In this document: one piece after another, positions 19,848 through 29,545 of the stretch | Layout: every line of letters starts with the position of its first letter | How positions within the stretch are numbered: position 1 is the first letter of the stretch | Source of the DNA: Acidobacteriota bacterium | GTDB taxonomy: Bacteria; Acidobacteriota; Blastocatellia; Chloracidobacteriales; JADJPF01 | Direction of reading: 5' to 3' | DNA: 64,000 bases | Assembly (NCBI GenBank): GCA_017303955.1 | Contig: JAFLBC010000021.1 | Span: forward strand, 15,810 to 79,809 | Program-made: the position numbers and the translations under genes | The notes under the pieces: model-generated | What the model saw: only the letters and a program-made list of their open reading frames with translations | What the model was told of the DNA's origin: nothing | The model's database searches: none

Positions 19848-21035
19848 CTAAGCTTTTTGTTTGATTTTTAGCATCATTATTGCAGAAAGAAAACCAAGAA
19901 ATAAACAACTTATCCAAAGTGTTGATGCTCCAAAATTTTCTAAAACGTTTGTACCAAAAACTGGCCCTAAAGTAGTTCCAAAACCAAAAGACATTGCAAA
20001 AATTCCCATGTATTCACCACGTCTACTAACTGGTGAAACTTCAGCAACATAAGCAGAACTTGCAGGAAATAAAATCATTTCTCCAAAAGTCCAAATAACA
20101 ACGCTAATTGCTGCTGTGATTGGATCGCTAATCCAAATCATTGCACCAAACCCTAGTGCAATTAAAATACAACCTAATGCTAGAGAATATTTGTAAGCCC
20201 AAGTGTTGGTGACGGAATTAATAGGAATTTCTAGAAATGTGATAATTATTGTATTTAATGTAAATAATAAACCATAAATGGCTTCTGACATTTTTAGATC
20301 TCTAACTAAATAGAGTGCTGCTGTACTTTCTAGCTGAAAAAATACTAATATAGTTGGAATTAGTGCTAGTAGGAAGTAAATAAAAGCTCTATTTTTAACT
20401 GGGGGCAATGGATTATCAATGTTTTCTAGCTTTGCATGACTTTCGCTTTTTACGATAAAAGCTTTTTTTACATGCTTAAAGAAAAGTATAAGCACAATTC
20501 CTGCTACTAGTGAAGTAACACCATCTACAACAAATAGAAGAGGATAAGAAAAATAAACTAAAAAACCTCCAACCGCTGGGCCAACACTCATTCCTAGATT
20601 TATTGCTAGACGATTTAAGGCAAAAGCTTGTTTTAACTGCGAGCTTGGGACTATTTCGCTAATTATTGCCATACAAGCTGGCCTAAAAGCTTCACTAATT
20701 ATTGACCAAATAAAGGTGAGGGCAACAATAGCTGGAAAACTATTGATAAAAGGAAATAAAAACAATGTTAAACCAGATAAAACTAGGGAGGTTTTCATCA
20801 CTTTACTTGCACCAATGTTGTCGGCAATACGCCCAGCTATTGGAGCCGTCAGTATTCCACCAATTCCATGCGCTATTAAAGCAAGACTAGCTTTTTGTGC
20901 TGGAATATTTAATGCTTTGGTTAAATAGATCATTAAAAAAGGCAGTACCATAGTACCAGCACGATTTATTAACACGGTTGCAGACAGTAACCATAACTCT
21001 TTAGGTAAACCTTTAAGATCTCGCCAAGGATTCAT
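19848..21035 (-). CDS. MFS transporter (12 TM)
   Basis: Hydropathy pattern of 12 helices. MFS motif A-like GRIADNIGASK between TM2 and TM3. Confidence 0.8.
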   Translation of the reverse strand: MNPWRDLKGLPKELWLLSATVLINRAGTMVLPFLMIYLTKALNIPAQKASLALIAHGIGGILTAPIAGRIADNIGASKVMKTSLVLSGLTLFLFPFINSFPAIVALTFIWSIISEAFRPACMAIISEIVPSSQLKQAFALNRLAINLGMSVGPAVGGFLVYFSYPLLFVVDGVTSLVAGIVLILFFKHVKKAFIVKSESHAKLENIDNPLPPVKNRAFIYFLLALIPTILVFFQLESTAALYLVRDLKMSEAIYGLLFTLNTIIITFLEIPINSVTNTWAYKYSLALGCILIALGFGAMIWISDPITAAISVVIWTFGEMILFPASSAYVAEVSPVSRRGEYMGIFAMSFGFGTTLGPVFGTNVLENFGASTLWISCLFLGFLSAIMMLKIKQKA

Positions 21036-21241
21036 AAAAATTCTTCTACCCAGACAACAGCAATTTGAGCTACAAATTGAGGATTCACGGGATTTTTAGA
21101 TTAAAAATTAAACTTCTATTTGCTATTTGCAAGAATATAAACTAAAAACAAATACAAAAAGGCTTGCTAAATTGTTCTCTTTGTTGGCAGATTTGGCTTT
21201 AATGGCTATAAAAACTAATTGTAAAAGAGGAGATTATACAG

Positions 21242-22045
21242 ATGTTTACTGTTGGTGTGGTGCAAATAAATTCTACAGATAAAGTTTTAGACAACTTAAA
21301 TCGTTGCGAGAAGCTTATTTGTCAAGCTGCTGAACGAGGGGCAACAATGGTAGCTTTGCCAGAAAATTTTGCTTATTTACGCTCAGAATCAGAAGCTGTT
21401 GAATATCGACAAACTCTTACAAGTGATTTAGTTACATGGTGTAAAGAGCTTGCTCAAAGATTAAAAATTTTTCTCCTAGCAGGAAGCTTTCCAGAAAAAA
21501 CGGAAACGTCTGATAAAATATATAATACAAGCTTAGTTTTTGACACGGAAGGTAATATTATTGCTCATTACCGAAAAATACATCTTTTTGATGTTACATT
21601 GCCTGATGGTACAGTGTTGATGGAATCGCAGTTTGTTCAAGCAGGCGATGAAATGGTTACTACAACGGTATTAGGTCATAAAATAGGTTTAACTATTTGT
21701 TATGATTTGCGATTTCCTGAACTTTATCGACGGCTAACTTTAGCTGGAGCAAAAGCTATTTTTGTTCCTTCGGCTTTTACATTGCAAACAGGGCGCGATC
21801 ATTGGGAAGTGTTACTGCGAGCGCGAGCAATAGAAAATCAAGTTTATATAATTGCTCCAGCACAATTTGGGCAGCATACCCCAAAACGTGCTAGCTATGG
21901 TCGAGCTTTAATTGTTGATCCTTGGGGAACTGTCATTGCAAAAGCATCTGATAAAGAAAGTGTAATTCTTGCTGATTTAGATTTTGATTACCTTGACGCA
22001 ATTCGTCAAAGAATGCCTTGTAGCAAACATATCAAGTTAATTTAA
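21242..22045 (+). CDS. Carbon-nitrogen hydrolase family protein (nitrilase/omega-amidase-like)
   Basis: Catalytic triad context: E in LPENF, K in YRKIHLFDV, C in GLTICYDLRFPE. Confidence 0.85.
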   Translation: MFTVGVVQINSTDKVLDNLNRCEKLICQAAERGATMVALPENFAYLRSESEAVEYRQTLTSDLVTWCKELAQRLKIFLLAGSFPEKTETSDKIYNTSLVFDTEGNIIAHYRKIHLFDVTLPDGTVLMESQFVQAGDEMVTTTVLGHKIGLTICYDLRFPELYRRLTLAGAKAIFVPSAFTLQTGRDHWEVLLRARAIENQVYIIAPAQFGQHTPKRASYGRALIVDPWGTVIAKASDKESVILADLDFDYLDAIRQRMPCSKHIKLI

Positions 22046-22057
22046 CTAGGAGATTTA

Positions 22058-22999
22058 ATGACTAACTTACGCGGTAACAAAACTTTGGAGCTAGTTTTAT
22101 CTCGTGACAGCACGATTTCAATTCATGAACAATTAGTAACACAACTAAGCTTGCAAATAGTTAATGGTCTGCTTAAACCAGGTGATAAACTTGCCTCAGT
22201 TCGTACTCTAGCACGTCGCTTAGGTATTCATCATAATACAGTTAGCACTGCTTATGGAGAATTAGCAGACCGTAATTTAGTAGAAATTAAACATGGAAGT
22301 GGAGTTTATGTAAGTAAACCTAGTTTAATTACTTCAGAAGAGACAGATTTAGATAGCATTATTCGTAGCTTTTTAGATGTTGCTCGTAAACAAGGCTATT
22401 CTTTGCAATCAATTCGTGAGTCAGTAATAAAATGGTTAGATAAACAGCCGCCAGACCATATTTTAATTATTGAGCCAGCAAAAGATTTACAAAAAATATT
22501 AATTTATGAGCTAAAGCAGCATTTTGATTGTGAAATTTTGGCAGCAACACCAACAGAAGTAGCTACAAAAACAGCAATTTTAACAGGTGCGCTTTCAGTT
22601 GCTACTATTTATCATTCAGTAGAAATTAAGAAGTTATTACCTAAAGATATTTTACTAATAAATATAAATTTACAAACAGGTCAACAAGAAGCTGAAAAGC
22701 TTAAAAAGTTGCCTGTAGGGGCAATGGTTGGACTAATTTCTATTGGGGAAACAATGCTAGAGTTTGCCCGAATTGTGATTGGCTCTTTACGAGGGGAAGA
22801 TTTAATGGTTAGAACAGAAATTTTTGCTGATACTAAAAAATGGCAATCGCTAGTTAATGTTGCTGATTTAGTTATTACAGATAGTTTTTGTTTTGAAAAA
22901 GTGGCTCAAGTTGCAGGGAAAAAAGTTTTACAACTAAACTTAATTTCCCCTCAAATAGTTCGTTATTTGCGTAATGCCTTAAAAAATTCTTTTAGCTAA
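22058..22999 (+). CDS. GntR-family transcriptional regulator with C-terminal sensor domain
   Basis: N-terminal winged HTH ...LASVRTLARRLGIHHNTVSTAYGELADRNLVEIKHGSGVYV, typical of GntR. Confidence 0.7.
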   Translation: MTNLRGNKTLELVLSRDSTISIHEQLVTQLSLQIVNGLLKPGDKLASVRTLARRLGIHHNTVSTAYGELADRNLVEIKHGSGVYVSKPSLITSEETDLDSIIRSFLDVARKQGYSLQSIRESVIKWLDKQPPDHILIIEPAKDLQKILIYELKQHFDCEILAATPTEVATKTAILTGALSVATIYHSVEIKKLLPKDILLININLQTGQQEAEKLKKLPVGAMVGLISIGETMLEFARIVIGSLRGEDLMVRTEIFADTKKWQSLVNVADLVITDSFCFEKVAQVAGKKVLQLNLISPQIVRYLRNALKNSFS

Positions 23000-23002
23000 T
23001 AA

Positions 23003-23518
23003 TTAGGCAATAATAACTGTGATAGTTGAAAATTTTTCATGAAATCTTAAATCTAGCCAAAAACCTAAAGTGTATTTTTGCTCTTGGTCAGCACCATTTA
23101 AGGCTAAAACTATTTCTTCACCACTTTCTATAACTTGAGCCGTGACATTAAATTTTGCTAAATAGGGATTAATTTCTTGTAAAAGGAAATTTTTAATTTC
23201 TTCTACAACATAACTTTCAATTACTTTATCTTCTGTATTTTCAGCTAAATGAAAATGTAAGTCTTCCTCATCATCTCCAATATGATTATGAAAATCTAAA
23301 GTTGTACAAAAGCGACGTGACATAATAAGTCGAGCAATTTCTTCATGACAGGAGCCACAACCGCCGCCAGCTTTGCACTTACGGCGGACTTGAGCTACAG
23401 TATTTGCATCTATTTCTAAAATTGTGTCTAAAACTTTTTGTCGGCTAACTTTTAAGCATAGACAAATTAACTCATCTGGAGAGCCTGTATAAATTCTACG
23501 GTCGCCATGTAAGTGCAT
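23003..23518 (-). CDS. BFD-like [2Fe-2S]-binding domain protein with NifU/Nfu-like C-terminus
   Basis: ELICLCLKVSRQKV...CKAGGGCGSCHEEI is a BFD-like four-Cys module. C-terminal region resembles an Nfu-type domain. Confidence 0.5.
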   Translation of the reverse strand: MHLHGDRRIYTGSPDELICLCLKVSRQKVLDTILEIDANTVAQVRRKCKAGGGCGSCHEEIARLIMSRRFCTTLDFHNHIGDDEEDLHFHLAENTEDKVIESYVVEEIKNFLLQEINPYLAKFNVTAQVIESGEEIVLALNGADQEQKYTLGFWLDLRFHEKFSTITVIIA

Positions 23519-23550
23519 AAATTTTCCTTTTCTGATTTTATTAATAAAAA

Positions 23551-24117
23551 TTATTCAGCCGCTTCATAAGCTTGTTTAATCCAGTTAATAAGCTCTGAGT
23601 CTACTTCATCAACAGTTGTTAACTTTACCTTAAAATGACACATACTATTAGCAGGCATTTCAGCTAGTCTATCAGTAGCTTGAAGACTTTTTAGGTTTAT
23701 CCCCACTTCAACCCGACTATTAGTAGCAGGTGTAATCATTGCAAATTGTTTTTTACGACGTAGACTAACATAGCCTTTTTTTGGTGCAATTTCAAATGTG
23801 CCAAATTCATTAATTGCTTCCATTAGCTTTTCATGGATTGGTCGTAAACTAGCCTTAGCTCCTGCGTAAATTTCATTAAGTATGTCAGTTGATGAATTAT
23901 CTTTAGTTTCATTTTCAGCAGGCTTAAGAAATAAATGTGTTAGAGTGTTAGCATCTCCATGCCCTAAAGTTAAGTCTTTTTTAAGCATGTCTCGGATTTC
24001 ACCATGTTTTGCAAGACCACTTTGTTTAATTATTGACATTAAATCATCTAGAGTTTTACCTGTTTTTGTTTGAATATTTTTTAGCTGAGTTTCAATAGCT
24101 TTGTTAACATCACTCAT
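23551..24117 (-). CDS. DUF4287/DUF5655-like hypothetical protein
   Basis: N-terminal IETQLKNIQTKTGKTLDDLMSIIKQSGL...HGE, a DUF4287-like helical domain. Confidence 0.45.
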   Translation of the reverse strand: MSDVNKAIETQLKNIQTKTGKTLDDLMSIIKQSGLAKHGEIRDMLKKDLTLGHGDANTLTHLFLKPAENETKDNSSTDILNEIYAGAKASLRPIHEKLMEAINEFGTFEIAPKKGYVSLRRKKQFAMITPATNSRVEVGINLKSLQATDRLAEMPANSMCHFKVKLTTVDEVDSELINWIKQAYEAAE

Positions 24118-24264
24118 AGATTTTTCCTTTCAATAGCTTGTTTTTATCATTTAAAAGGCTTTGCTAGCTTTGTTATGAGTACTAGATTTAAGCGTGTTAT
24201 ATTAGCAAGATCAAGTTTTCTTTATCTATCAAATTTTCCAAAAAGCAGTTTAGGATAAATTTTT

Positions 24265-25629
24265 ATGTTTAGCCCAGAAACCATTATTACCGAGCAAATA
24301 GCAAATAATTATCGGCCTACTTTATCACCAGAAATTTACAAAAAACGTCGGGAAGAATTTTTGTCAAAACTAGGTAATGGAGTAGCAATTTTTCCTAGCG
24401 CACCAACTACTATTCGCACTAATGACACAGATTATCGTTATAGACAAAATAGCGATTTATATTATTTAACAGGATTTACTGAACCAGAAACAGTATGTTT
24501 ACTTGCACCAAACCACCTAGAACATAAGTTTGTCTTATTTGTTCGTCCTCGAAATGAGGAAAAAGAGATTTGGGAAGGACGGCGTGTTGGCCCGGAAGGT
24601 GCTAAAGAATTATTAGGTGCAGATGCTACTTATGAGATTGAAAAACTAGATGAAGAACTACCTAAATACTTAGAAAAAGTAGATTTTATTTACTATTCAT
24701 TAGGCAATGAACAGCGTTTTGACCAAAGAATTATTAATTTAATTAAATATTTTCGCTCAATGCGTCGGCGCAATGGTGTAGGGCCTTATTCAATAATTGA
24801 CCCAACGGAAATTTTACAAGAAATGCGGCTTATTAAAACACCTGAAGAACTAGAACTGATGAGACGTTCGGCTACAATTGCTGCACAAGCTCATTTAGCT
24901 GCAATGAAAGCAGTTAAGGTTGGGATGTATGAGTTTGAAATTGAAGCAATTATTGAGCATTATTTTCGTCGAAGTGGTGCTAATGCACCAGCTTATAACT
25001 CAATTGTTGGAGCAGGTGCTAATGCTACAATTTTGCATTATGTAGAAAATAACTGCCAGATAAAGGATAACGATCTTTTACTAGTAGATGCTGGTGCAGA
25101 ATATGAGCATTATTGTTCAGATATTACCCGAACTTATCCGGCTAATGGACGATTTACTAAGGAACAAAAAGAAATCTATGAAATTGTTTTGGCGGCTCAA
25201 CTTGCTGCAATTGAAAAAGTAAAGCCAGGTGCAGCCTTTGATGATGTTCATCAAGCAGCTTTAGATATAATTGTAGACGGACTTTTTAATTTAGGGCTGC
25301 TTTCTGGTGAACGGGAAAAAGTTATAGAAGAAAAACAATATCAAAAGTTTTTTATGCACCGTACTAGCCATTGGTTAGGTATAGATACACATGATGTAGG
25401 TAAATATAAACAATCCGATGAGTCACGTATATTAGAGCCAGGAATGATACTAACCGTTGAGCCAGGAATTTATATTAGACCAATGGATGATGTACCAACA
25501 AAATATCATAATATTGGAATACGTATTGAAGATGATGTATTAGTTACTGAGCAAGGGTCAGAAATATTAACTGCTTTTGTACCAAAGCAAATCAATGAAT
25601 TAGAAGCAATTATTGGACGGGGGAATTAG
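24265..25629 (+). CDS. pepP: Xaa-Pro aminopeptidase (PepP, M24B)
   Basis: AMP_N-type N-terminal domain, then a pita-bread catalytic domain with metal ligands in ...LLLVDAGAEYEHYCSDITRT..., HRTSHWLGIDTHD and EPGIY...IRIEDDVLVT. Confidence 0.85.
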   Translation: MFSPETIITEQIANNYRPTLSPEIYKKRREEFLSKLGNGVAIFPSAPTTIRTNDTDYRYRQNSDLYYLTGFTEPETVCLLAPNHLEHKFVLFVRPRNEEKEIWEGRRVGPEGAKELLGADATYEIEKLDEELPKYLEKVDFIYYSLGNEQRFDQRIINLIKYFRSMRRRNGVGPYSIIDPTEILQEMRLIKTPEELELMRRSATIAAQAHLAAMKAVKVGMYEFEIEAIIEHYFRRSGANAPAYNSIVGAGANATILHYVENNCQIKDNDLLLVDAGAEYEHYCSDITRTYPANGRFTKEQKEIYEIVLAAQLAAIEKVKPGAAFDDVHQAALDIIVDGLFNLGLLSGEREKVIEEKQYQKFFMHRTSHWLGIDTHDVGKYKQSDESRILEPGMILTVEPGIYIRPMDDVPTKYHNIGIRIEDDVLVTEQGSEILTAFVPKQINELEAIIGRGN

Positions 25630-25633
25630 AAAA

Positions 25634-26344
25634 ATGAAGCGTTGCCCAATATGCGATAAGATGTGGGAGATTAATAAAGTATTTTGTCCCTGGGATGGAT
25701 ACCGGCTAAAGGAAATGACACCTGAAGAAGTGACAGAAAGAATGGCTGCTAATGCTATAGAGCCACAATTTGAAATCTTTGAAGAAATAAGAAAGATGGA
25801 TAAAACATTGCTTGATTCTGTAGCTGAATTTGGGGCAACAGAAACCAGCAAATTAGTTGATATTGCTATTTCTGCATTGGAAAAACGCCGGGAACGTGAC
25901 CAAGAAAATGTCCGTGATCAAATGAAACTAATAGATTTATTTAATCTGCATTGTAGGACAATGCAATATTTTGTTGATCGGCTGAAAGGACAAAGTGAAT
26001 TATTCTCCTTTCAAATTGAACATAGAGACGATGTGGATCAAATGTATATGGTTTTTGTAGTCTCTTTTGGACAAGCTCAGTATCGACGGCATTTTCCTGT
26101 AAAGATTACTTATTTTCGTGATCCTGTTAGGGAAGTTACTTTTGAAATCAATCTTCATGATATTGCAGATAATAAAGATAAAAGACACTTAAAAACAGAA
26201 AGAGTTGGAGGAAAAGCAGAAACAAATATTTTTGGACATAAATATTTTATAGCTGCTCCTAAAGGTTTAGAAGGTATTGAACTGCTCCAATGGTTGGAAA
26301 ATTCATTTAAGGATGTTTTCAAACAAGCTTACTCAGTTGATTAA
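25634..26344 (+). CDS. Hypothetical protein with N-terminal zinc ribbon
   Basis: MKRCPICDKMWEINKVFCPWDGYRL, a CPxC...CPxDG zinc-ribbon. The rest has no recognisable domain. Start taken at the Met after the GGGGGAA RBS; the ORF opens at 25613. Confidence 0.5.
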   Translation: MKRCPICDKMWEINKVFCPWDGYRLKEMTPEEVTERMAANAIEPQFEIFEEIRKMDKTLLDSVAEFGATETSKLVDIAISALEKRRERDQENVRDQMKLIDLFNLHCRTMQYFVDRLKGQSELFSFQIEHRDDVDQMYMVFVVSFGQAQYRRHFPVKITYFRDPVREVTFEINLHDIADNKDKRHLKTERVGGKAETNIFGHKYFIAAPKGLEGIELLQWLENSFKDVFKQAYSVD

Positions 26345-26354
26345 GTAGTTAAAA

Positions 26355-26394
26355 AATAAATGTCTTGCTAAAATGTAAGCAAGACATTTATTTT
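26355..26394. terminator. Bidirectional rho-independent terminator between convergent genes
   Basis: Perfect 16-bp inverted repeat aaataaatgtcttgct/agcaagacatttattt with an 8-nt loop, flanked by A/T runs on both sides. Confidence 0.7.
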
Positions 26395-26414
26395 GAATGT
26401 TTTCCAAAGTTATT

Positions 26415-27197
26415 TTAATTTTGTTGTGTTGTGGGTTCTGCTGTCTCTACAGGTTTAGTTATTTCAGTAGTTCTATTCAGTAATATATCTGCATCTAATC
26501 TAACTTGTAAGCGTGAACCAGATAATAATTCAATATCACGTCCTCTTGCTAATAACACTCCACCTAAACCAACTCCAGCACCAATGCCAGCACCAATACC
26601 AGCACCAGCAGCACCTCCAGTAATTGCACCAATACCAGCACCTATGCCAGTTTGAGTTGCTACTGTTCCAGCTTTACTTTTTCCTTTGCTTGGATCTTTT
26701 ATTTTACCTTCTCCATCTTCTTCTACTACTTGATCAGTGCGGTTAATTACAGAAAAAAGAGAAGCTTTCAAAGGAATTTTTGTTCCATCATCTAAAATTA
26801 GTTCATCAAAACCAATGGTTAAAGATCCGTTTTTTCCCTTACGTGCTGCTGCTTCAACATTTATTATGTGGCATTTAACCGATGCTCTAGTAAGTGCTAG
26901 TTTATCCTTAACAAATACTGGTTCAGATAATCTAACAATAAACTCTTCACCTTTTTTATTAGTTTTTGAGCTTAAAGATTGATCTAAATGTAGGTTTAAC
27001 AAAGTATTTTTAGGGATTTTGTCAGCAGTTGGAGTGTTTGAAGGAATTGAAGTGCTATTACTATTGCTACGGGAAAGAGAATTAGGAGTGTTGCTATCAC
27101 GAGATTTTACACGTCCAGATTGAGCAAAAACATTAGCTGAAAAAAGATTGGCTATTAAAAAAAGAGTAAAAGATAAAGATAATTTTTTTAATGACAT
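26415..27197 (-). CDS. Secreted glycine-zipper domain protein
   Basis: Signal peptide, S/T/N-rich linker, and a C-terminal GIGAGIGAITGGAAGAGIGAGIGAGVGLGG glycine-zipper segment. Confidence 0.55.
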   Translation of the reverse strand: MSLKKLSLSFTLFLIANLFSANVFAQSGRVKSRDSNTPNSLSRSNSNSTSIPSNTPTADKIPKNTLLNLHLDQSLSSKTNKKGEEFIVRLSEPVFVKDKLALTRASVKCHIINVEAAARKGKNGSLTIGFDELILDDGTKIPLKASLFSVINRTDQVVEEDGEGKIKDPSKGKSKAGTVATQTGIGAGIGAITGGAAGAGIGAGIGAGVGLGGVLLARGRDIELLSGSRLQVRLDADILLNRTTEITKPVETAEPTTQQN

Positions 27198-27292
27198 AAT
27201 AATTATTTACCTCAAATGACCAGATCTACCCTTTGAATAATAGAATAGGCCATTGGATGTTGCAAACAATCTAATTAGGTAAATAGAGACTA

Positions 27293-27994
27293 TTACTTTT
27301 TAAGCTGAAAAGTCTCGTCATAATCGGCTAAGGTTGGAAAAACAAGTTTAGGTGTTTCGTTAACACTTAATAACCTTTGTTTATATTCTTCTAAATAAGC
27401 TTTGCGGCGTTCAGTGTTAACACGGCTAACACCATAAGCTATAAATGGTGGTAAGACATCAAAGCCAACAAAATAAAGGATTCCATGATTAATAGGGAAA
27501 AGAATTTGGTGAATACTTCCATTTAATCCTAATGGAGTATACATTGACTCACCGCCTCCAGTAGTAAGCACAAGCATAGCTTTTTTGCCATGAAAAACAC
27601 CCTGGTCATACCATTTACCCCCGCCATAAATGCGACCCATAGCAAAAACACGATCTACCCAACCTTTTAATATTGCTGGAAGACCAAACCACCAAAGGGG
27701 GAATTGAAAAACTAGTACATCACACCAATCTAGTTTAGCCATTTCAGCTTTTACATCAGAGGCAAAGCTATCTGTTTCTGAAGCAAAGATTTCTTCAACT
27801 TGTTGTTTATAGTAATGTGGCTCTTTGACATTAAGGAAATTGTGACGACCAGAAACAGGATTAAATTGTCTACCATAAAGATCAGATACTATTATTTCAT
27901 GTCCTTGAGCAGGCAAAACTTCTTTGGCTAAATTAAGCATCGCACCATTAAAGCTTTTTGGTTCTGGGTGTGCATAGACAACAAAATACTTCAT
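27293..27994 (-). CDS. Flavodoxin-like NAD(P)H dehydrogenase (quinone) family protein
   Basis: MKYFVVYAHPEPKSFNGAM..., VLVFQFPLWWFGLPAILKGWVDRV, typical Flavodoxin_2/NQO fold. Confidence 0.75.
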   Translation of the reverse strand: MKYFVVYAHPEPKSFNGAMLNLAKEVLPAQGHEIIVSDLYGRQFNPVSGRHNFLNVKEPHYYKQQVEEIFASETDSFASDVKAEMAKLDWCDVLVFQFPLWWFGLPAILKGWVDRVFAMGRIYGGGKWYDQGVFHGKKAMLVLTTGGGESMYTPLGLNGSIHQILFPINHGILYFVGFDVLPPFIAYGVSRVNTERRKAYLEEYKQRLLSVNETPKLVFPTLADYDETFQLKK

Positions 27995-28070
27995 GCTTTT
28001 ATACTCCTGCGCTTTTTGGGGAAGTTATTTTAGAAGTTTAATATGTTAAGACTTAGTTTTGTCAAACTGA

Positions 28071-28340
28071 TTATTCTGTTTTATTAATAATATTGCGCAA
28101 TTTAGTACTAGGTACAAAACGAATTATGGTTTTACTAGTTGATGGCGGGGGATTTTCTAGGGGATTTTCTGATTTAGCAAAAAGCTTGAACCCTCCAAAA
28201 TCCCCTAAACTAACTTGTCCATCTTTTCTTAACCCTTCTGCTACACCACTTAAAATAAGATTAATAGCCCGTTCCGCTGAATCTAGCGGGAGATTTGTAT
28301 CACGGGCTACTTTTTCAATTAAGTTAGTTTTTTTGCTCAT
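28071..28340 (-). CDS. HU/IHF-family DNA-binding protein
   Basis: LIEKVARDT.L....AERAINLILSGVAEGLRKDGQVSLGDFGGFK, the HU family signature. Confidence 0.7.
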   Translation of the reverse strand: MSKKTNLIEKVARDTNLPLDSAERAINLILSGVAEGLRKDGQVSLGDFGGFKLFAKSENPLENPPPSTSKTIIRFVPSTKLRNIINKTE

Positions 28341-28345
28341 AGAAA

Positions 28346-29509
28346 TTAAATAGTCTCTATCAGTGATTTTTTAGGTAAGAAAAAATTAGAAATTTCACTT
28401 ACTACCCGTTGAGTAGCATCTGGTGTAGATAACTCTTGTGCTGCTTCACTCATTGCTTGGCAGTCACTTTGGTTATCAATAAGATTTTTTAGGATTGGTA
28501 CTATATCGCTTACTTGACAAAGCCTCAAACCAGCATTATGACTAGCAATTAAATCTGCTGTATTAGCTTCTTGGGGCATTGGCTCAGTAATATGATCCAT
28601 AATAATTGGTAGTTGACAAGCCAAAGCTTCAAAGGTTGTTAACCCACCTATTTTAGAAATCATTACATTAGCTGAACGCATTAGCCGTTCCATATTATTA
28701 GAATAACCTAATACTTTAACAGGAAAACGAGAATTAGCAGCAAGTTTGTCCATTTCTTGTTTTAGTTTTGGATTATTTCCTGCTAGGAAAATTGCCTGCA
28801 TATCTAGGTTAGTGTTAGTTAAATGGGCAAAAACTTTTGGAATGTTTCCACCACCAATCCAACCTGCATTAATAAAAACTGTGAATTTATCAGGATCTAA
28901 GCCAAGTTCTTGCCGCATTTCGCTTGGTACTAATTGGCTAGCTTTTTGGAATTTAGGATGTATTGGCATACCACAAATACGAATACGTTCAGGACTAACA
29001 CCATAAGTTATCATTTCTTGGCGAGCTTGTTCATGTGCTACTAAATAAAGTTGTACATGCTCATTTGCCCAACCTTTCCATGAATTTCCACAGGGATCTG
29101 TTACTACAGTAACTAATGGAATACGATCTAATAATTTTAAGTCTTCTAAAATACGAGCAATACCATACTGCACCATTGGATGTACTGATACAATTACATT
29201 AGGACAAAACCGATCTACAGTTTGACTTATATATTTACGGTAAAACCTATAAAGAGAGCGATCCAAATTAAATTGATGTATTGCCCAATGATAGTATTTA
29301 ACATAGGACTGATAATGACGAAGTAAGAAATTATAAAAATTGATAGATTGGCGAGTAACATAACTAGAATCTTCAACAATACGAGAAATTTCTACTAAGT
29401 AAGAGAGGCGACCGGCAAACATTCCTAACCCAGCTTCAATAGCATGAGCAGCCGAAGTATGACCACCACCACTGTCAGAGGTAAGGATAAGTATTTTCTT
29501 TTGTGACAT
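28346..29509 (-). CDS. GT28-family glycosyltransferase (MGDG synthase / UgtP-like)
   Basis: N-terminal KILILTSDSGGGHTSAA, C-terminal ...KIGGLTTFEALACQLPII..., typical of the MGDG synthase/MurG-like GT-B fold. Confidence 0.7.
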   Translation of the reverse strand: MSQKKILILTSDSGGGHTSAAHAIEAGLGMFAGRLSYLVEISRIVEDSSYVTRQSINFYNFLLRHYQSYVKYYHWAIHQFNLDRSLYRFYRKYISQTVDRFCPNVIVSVHPMVQYGIARILEDLKLLDRIPLVTVVTDPCGNSWKGWANEHVQLYLVAHEQARQEMITYGVSPERIRICGMPIHPKFQKASQLVPSEMRQELGLDPDKFTVFINAGWIGGGNIPKVFAHLTNTNLDMQAIFLAGNNPKLKQEMDKLAANSRFPVKVLGYSNNMERLMRSANVMISKIGGLTTFEALACQLPIIMDHITEPMPQEANTADLIASHNAGLRLCQVSDIVPILKNLIDNQSDCQAMSEAAQELSTPDATQRVVSEISNFFLPKKSLIETI

Positions 29510-29545
29510 TTAATGGCCTTTCATCACAGATTTGCGATAAATAAG

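Noticed and set aside
28093-28353. 86-aa plus-strand ORF overlapping the HU gene
   Set aside because: It is antisense to a conserved HU/IHF-family CDS. The minus-strand product carries the HU signature, so the plus-strand ORF is spurious.
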